A DNA stretch of 64,000 nucleotides, taken from Granulicella sp. (GTDB lineage: Bacteria > Acidobacteriota > Terriglobia > Terriglobales > Acidobacteriaceae). The stretch is from NCBI GenBank assembly GCA_027339965.1, contig DAHWNL010000021.1, positions 34,047 through 98,046 on the forward strand, given 5' to 3'. The notes beneath the pieces are model-generated. The model had not been told where the DNA came from. It saw only the letters and a list, made by a program, of their open reading frames with translations, and made no database searches. The position numbers were made by a program, and so were the translations under genes. This document shows positions 61,113 through 64,000 of the stretch, piece by piece (the first letter of the stretch is position 1; each line of letters begins with the position of its first letter).

Positions 61113-61520
61113 TCGCGGAGTTCGGCTGGGGCTTGGCGATTCGTGGACGGCCGCGAATGGAATGGTGCGCAAGTCAAAGGCGAGAATCTGGATCGCGTTT
61201 TTGAGCCGGAGCGAGCCTCTTTCCCTGGTCGGACTGAGCGGGAGTGGAGGCGGTCTGCCGCCGTCTCTTCGCCAATGGGCTCCGCCACGCTCAAGGCCTG
61301 GAAACGGAGTTCTTCTTTCCACCGATACCGGTGAAGACAAACGCCCCCTCCGGGCGATCGCATCGTGAAGCGCGGGCCGCGAGTCTTGCCCGTGCAGTCT
61401 CCAGCCTCTTCTTTGCTACGGCTGGAGATCAGCAAGCATCCAAACTTGAAATGGCCCACGGTATCGGGTAAAGACTGTCTGGTTTGTGCGGGATTCTTCA
61501 TGCCACTGGTGCTTGGCCAT

Positions 61521-62103
61521 CAGGGCAATGGCATTTCAAAACAGCTCCAAAAGGCGGAATAGATAGTCGTCCTTCCAACCGGCGCGTTTGAATTTGCCAC
61601 GCAAGGATCCCTTGGATTCCTCCTTCTGCATGGTATGGATGGTCATGTGACGCAGCACTGCCAGGTGATGCGGCCCGTGGCCCATGCGGGTGCGATCCCG
61701 ATCCTCGTTTATCACCACGTCCAATCGCCAGTGCAAGCTGTTTTCCACGCCCCAGTATCGGCGGACGACCTCGTTGAACCGCTCCGGCGCGAGTACCCGG
61801 CTGAGCAGGTAGCACGCAGTTTCGGCGGTGGTTTTGTCCGCCGTCTCGCGCCTTCGAACCACTTTGCCGATGGCCTTCAGGCTCGGCCATTGGTGCTGCT
61901 TCTGGAGCCAGCCGATCTCGGTGGAAACCGGTGCCGTGCGGGTCTCGATGCGGCCGTGATCGGCCTCGACGACGGGTGCTGCGGTGCTTGCTTTCAACTC
62001 CGGGTCGTCGAGCAGCAGTACCACATCGTCAAACGGTGTGGCCTGATTTCCCTTCAACGCCAGCGCGTAGTCGCCCTTCTGCTCGACGATTTGCTCGGCG
62101 ATA
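61521..62103 (-). mobile_element. ISAs1-family remnant (3' part of transposase and terminal IR)
   Basis: GDYALALKGNQ, HGRIETR, WGVENSLHWRLDV..NED; CAGGGC terminus at 61521; 5' part absent. Confidence 0.88.
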
Positions 62104-62392
62104 GTGCGCTACCTGCTTCACTATCACCCTCTCAACTCCGGCAATTGGCGCATGGTTCTTGCTTGCGCACGAACACGGTTGCGTTCACGCGAGCTGCAGC
62201 CGGCAGAATCGGTCAACAATACTCACCGAACGATTCAGTATTTAGAACTGTTCTTTATGCTGGCCCAGCCCTACGCTATCGCAAGGTTCACCTGTTCGAA
62301 GTGCAATGGACGAACAGAACGCGTTCTCCTCGCTGCCGATGCAGCTCAATTCAAGATGGCTCGGAGGGGCCACATCTATAAGGAGGACCACC

Positions 62393-62938
62393 ATGTCCCG
62401 TTTACACCCAGTTGAACCCCTGACCGCCACAGGGAAGGGCAAGCAACTCCTCGATGCCGTGCAGGCTAAATTGGGAGTTGTTCCAAACATGACCCGGGTT
62501 ATGGCTGTTTCGCCCTCTGTTCTCGAAGGCCACATCGGATTCAGCGGTGCGCTCGCCGGCGGTTTGTTGGATGCGAAGACCCGTGAGGAGTTGGCGCTGC
62601 TGACAGCTCAGGAAAAACACTGCAACTACTGCTTGTCGGCACATACTGCAATCGGCAAGACGGTAGGCCTGAACCACGACGAGATTCTCGCCAGCCGCAA
62701 TGGCAATGGCGCAAGCCCAAAGACAACGGCGGCGCTGGTCTTCGCGAAGCGCGTGCTCGATACGAGGGACGGGATCAGCGAAGAGGACCTTGCGACAGTC
62801 CGTAGCGCTGGCTTCTCCGACGGAGGGATCGCCGAGGTCATCGCGCATGTTGCGCTCAACGTTTTCACCAACTACTTCAATATCGCTACAGACGTGGCTA
62901 TCGACTTCCCGAAGGTCACCTATACCGAGGCCACCTGA
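62393..62938 (+). CDS. AhpD/carboxymuconolactone decarboxylase family peroxidase-related protein
   Basis: LGVVPN, REELAL, CNYCLSAH, NVFTNYFN; RBS AAGGAGG. Confidence 0.88.
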   Translation: MSRLHPVEPLTATGKGKQLLDAVQAKLGVVPNMTRVMAVSPSVLEGHIGFSGALAGGLLDAKTREELALLTAQEKHCNYCLSAHTAIGKTVGLNHDEILASRNGNGASPKTTAALVFAKRVLDTRDGISEEDLATVRSAGFSDGGIAEVIAHVALNVFTNYFNIATDVAIDFPKVTYTEAT

Positions 62939-63012
62939 CATGCTGGGAGCACAAGAATCTCGAGCCGGGGTGAACCCGAGTAGTGCTGAAATTCATGTAC
63001 AAGAGCTGTGGG

Positions 63013-64000
63013 GCTAGAGCATCCTGCATAATACTGTAGACTACAGATGGCGACTCTTCCGCGAGGCAAAGCGTATGGCTAAAGCCTACGAGGGGGAGTA
63101 TCGCCGCAATTTTCTTTCAGCTTATGAGCAGGGATACGGCACGCTGGAGGAATTGGCGGCGGAATTTCGCGTCAGTCTGGGGTGGGCCAAAAAGGTCTCG
63201 GCGGCTTCTACGCGCACCGGGAGCATGGCAGGGCCCACCTACAAACCAGGTCGCAAGCCCAAGATCAGAGCTGCCGAACAGGCCCTGCTCCGCCAATGGC
63301 TTGCAGCGCAACCGGACTTGACGCTGGCCGAGTTACAGATCAAGCTCGGCGAGCAGGCAGGGGTGAAGATTCATAACTCCTGCCTTTGTCGATGGCTCAA
63401 GCGCATGGGCCTGCGGCTAAAAAAAAGCCGCTCCACGCGGCGGAGCGCGACACGCCCGAGAACCTGATCGGCCGTCAAGAGTTTCTCGCAGCCGCCGCCG
63501 AGGTCGATCCGGAGCATCTTGTCTTTCTCGATGAGACCGGCCTGAGGACTTCGATGACGCGCCTCTACGGCCGGGCACCGGCGGGCGTGCGCGTTGCCGA
63601 AGCCGCGCCGGAGTCGCCTTGGAGCGTGGTCACCCTGCTTGCCGCCCTGCGACTGACCGGCATGGTGGCCCCGATGACCATTCCCGCCGCCACCGACGGC
63701 GAGATTTTCAGCGCCCAGGTCCAGCACTTTCTGGTTGCGGCGCTGCGGTCGGGCGACGTCGTGGTGATGGACAACTTGAGTTCGCACAAAGTGCCGGGCA
63801 TCAAGGAGAAGATCGAAACGGCAGGCGCGACGTTGCTCTACTTGCCGCCCTATTCGCCGAACCTCAACCCGATCGAAAAAGCCTGGTACAAGCTCAAGCA
63901 CATCCTGCGCAAAGCCAAGGCAAGAAGCGAAGAGCTGCTCGATCAAGCCACGGGCGAGGCGCTGAAACTCATCACCCCGGAAGATGCCAGGGGATGGTTC
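63013..64000 (+). mobile_element. IS630-family element (two-ORF transposase joined by a -1 frameshift); runs off the window
   Basis: CTAGAGCAT end; orfA 63075-63467 (PDLTLAEL, LKKS); A8G at 63419-63427; orfB LVFLDETG, VMDNLSSHK, LPPYSPNLNPIE. Confidence 0.93.

Overview
GC-rich bacterial chromosomal segment. The gene set, several lineage-typical hypothetical proteins and a TAGCATTTTCAGTG-ended repeat suggest Acidobacteriaceae (inference). A housekeeping backbone (aroK, cdsA, uppS, pncA, cyaY, ssb, cyoE, comF-like, dapD, dapA, pgm, pncB, deoxyhypusine-synthase-like gene, MgtE/NRAMP-type Mg2+ genes, tRNA-Arg(CCU)) is interrupted by accessory DNA. (i) About 3.0-16.7 kb: an orphan TGT-initiated IS-like end, a Cys-less HMA/outer-membrane protein/two-component module, oxyR-katG, and a sugar isomerase, GH39 and zwf. 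(ii) About 49.7-55.8 kb, beside the tRNA 3' end: a decaying sulfur-redox cluster (sigma54 activator, FadL-like barrel, HdrA fragment, wHTH, HdrC/QmoC-like, DsrE2, CoA-disulfide reductase fragment) cut by deletions, frameshifts and an ISL3 remnant. (iii) An IS-rich right end (ISAs1 remnant, AhpD-like gene, IS630). The best hunt results are an apparently complete leaderless Phe/Tyr/Trp leader-peptide attenuator upstream of aroK, the decayed Hdr/Qmo-DsrE-Cdr sulfur system, a tRNA with a compensatory C19-G56 swap of the near-universal G19-C56 elbow pair, and a ~110-bp MITE-like repeat family. All calls come from reading motifs by eye; no database search was run and start codons are best estimates.
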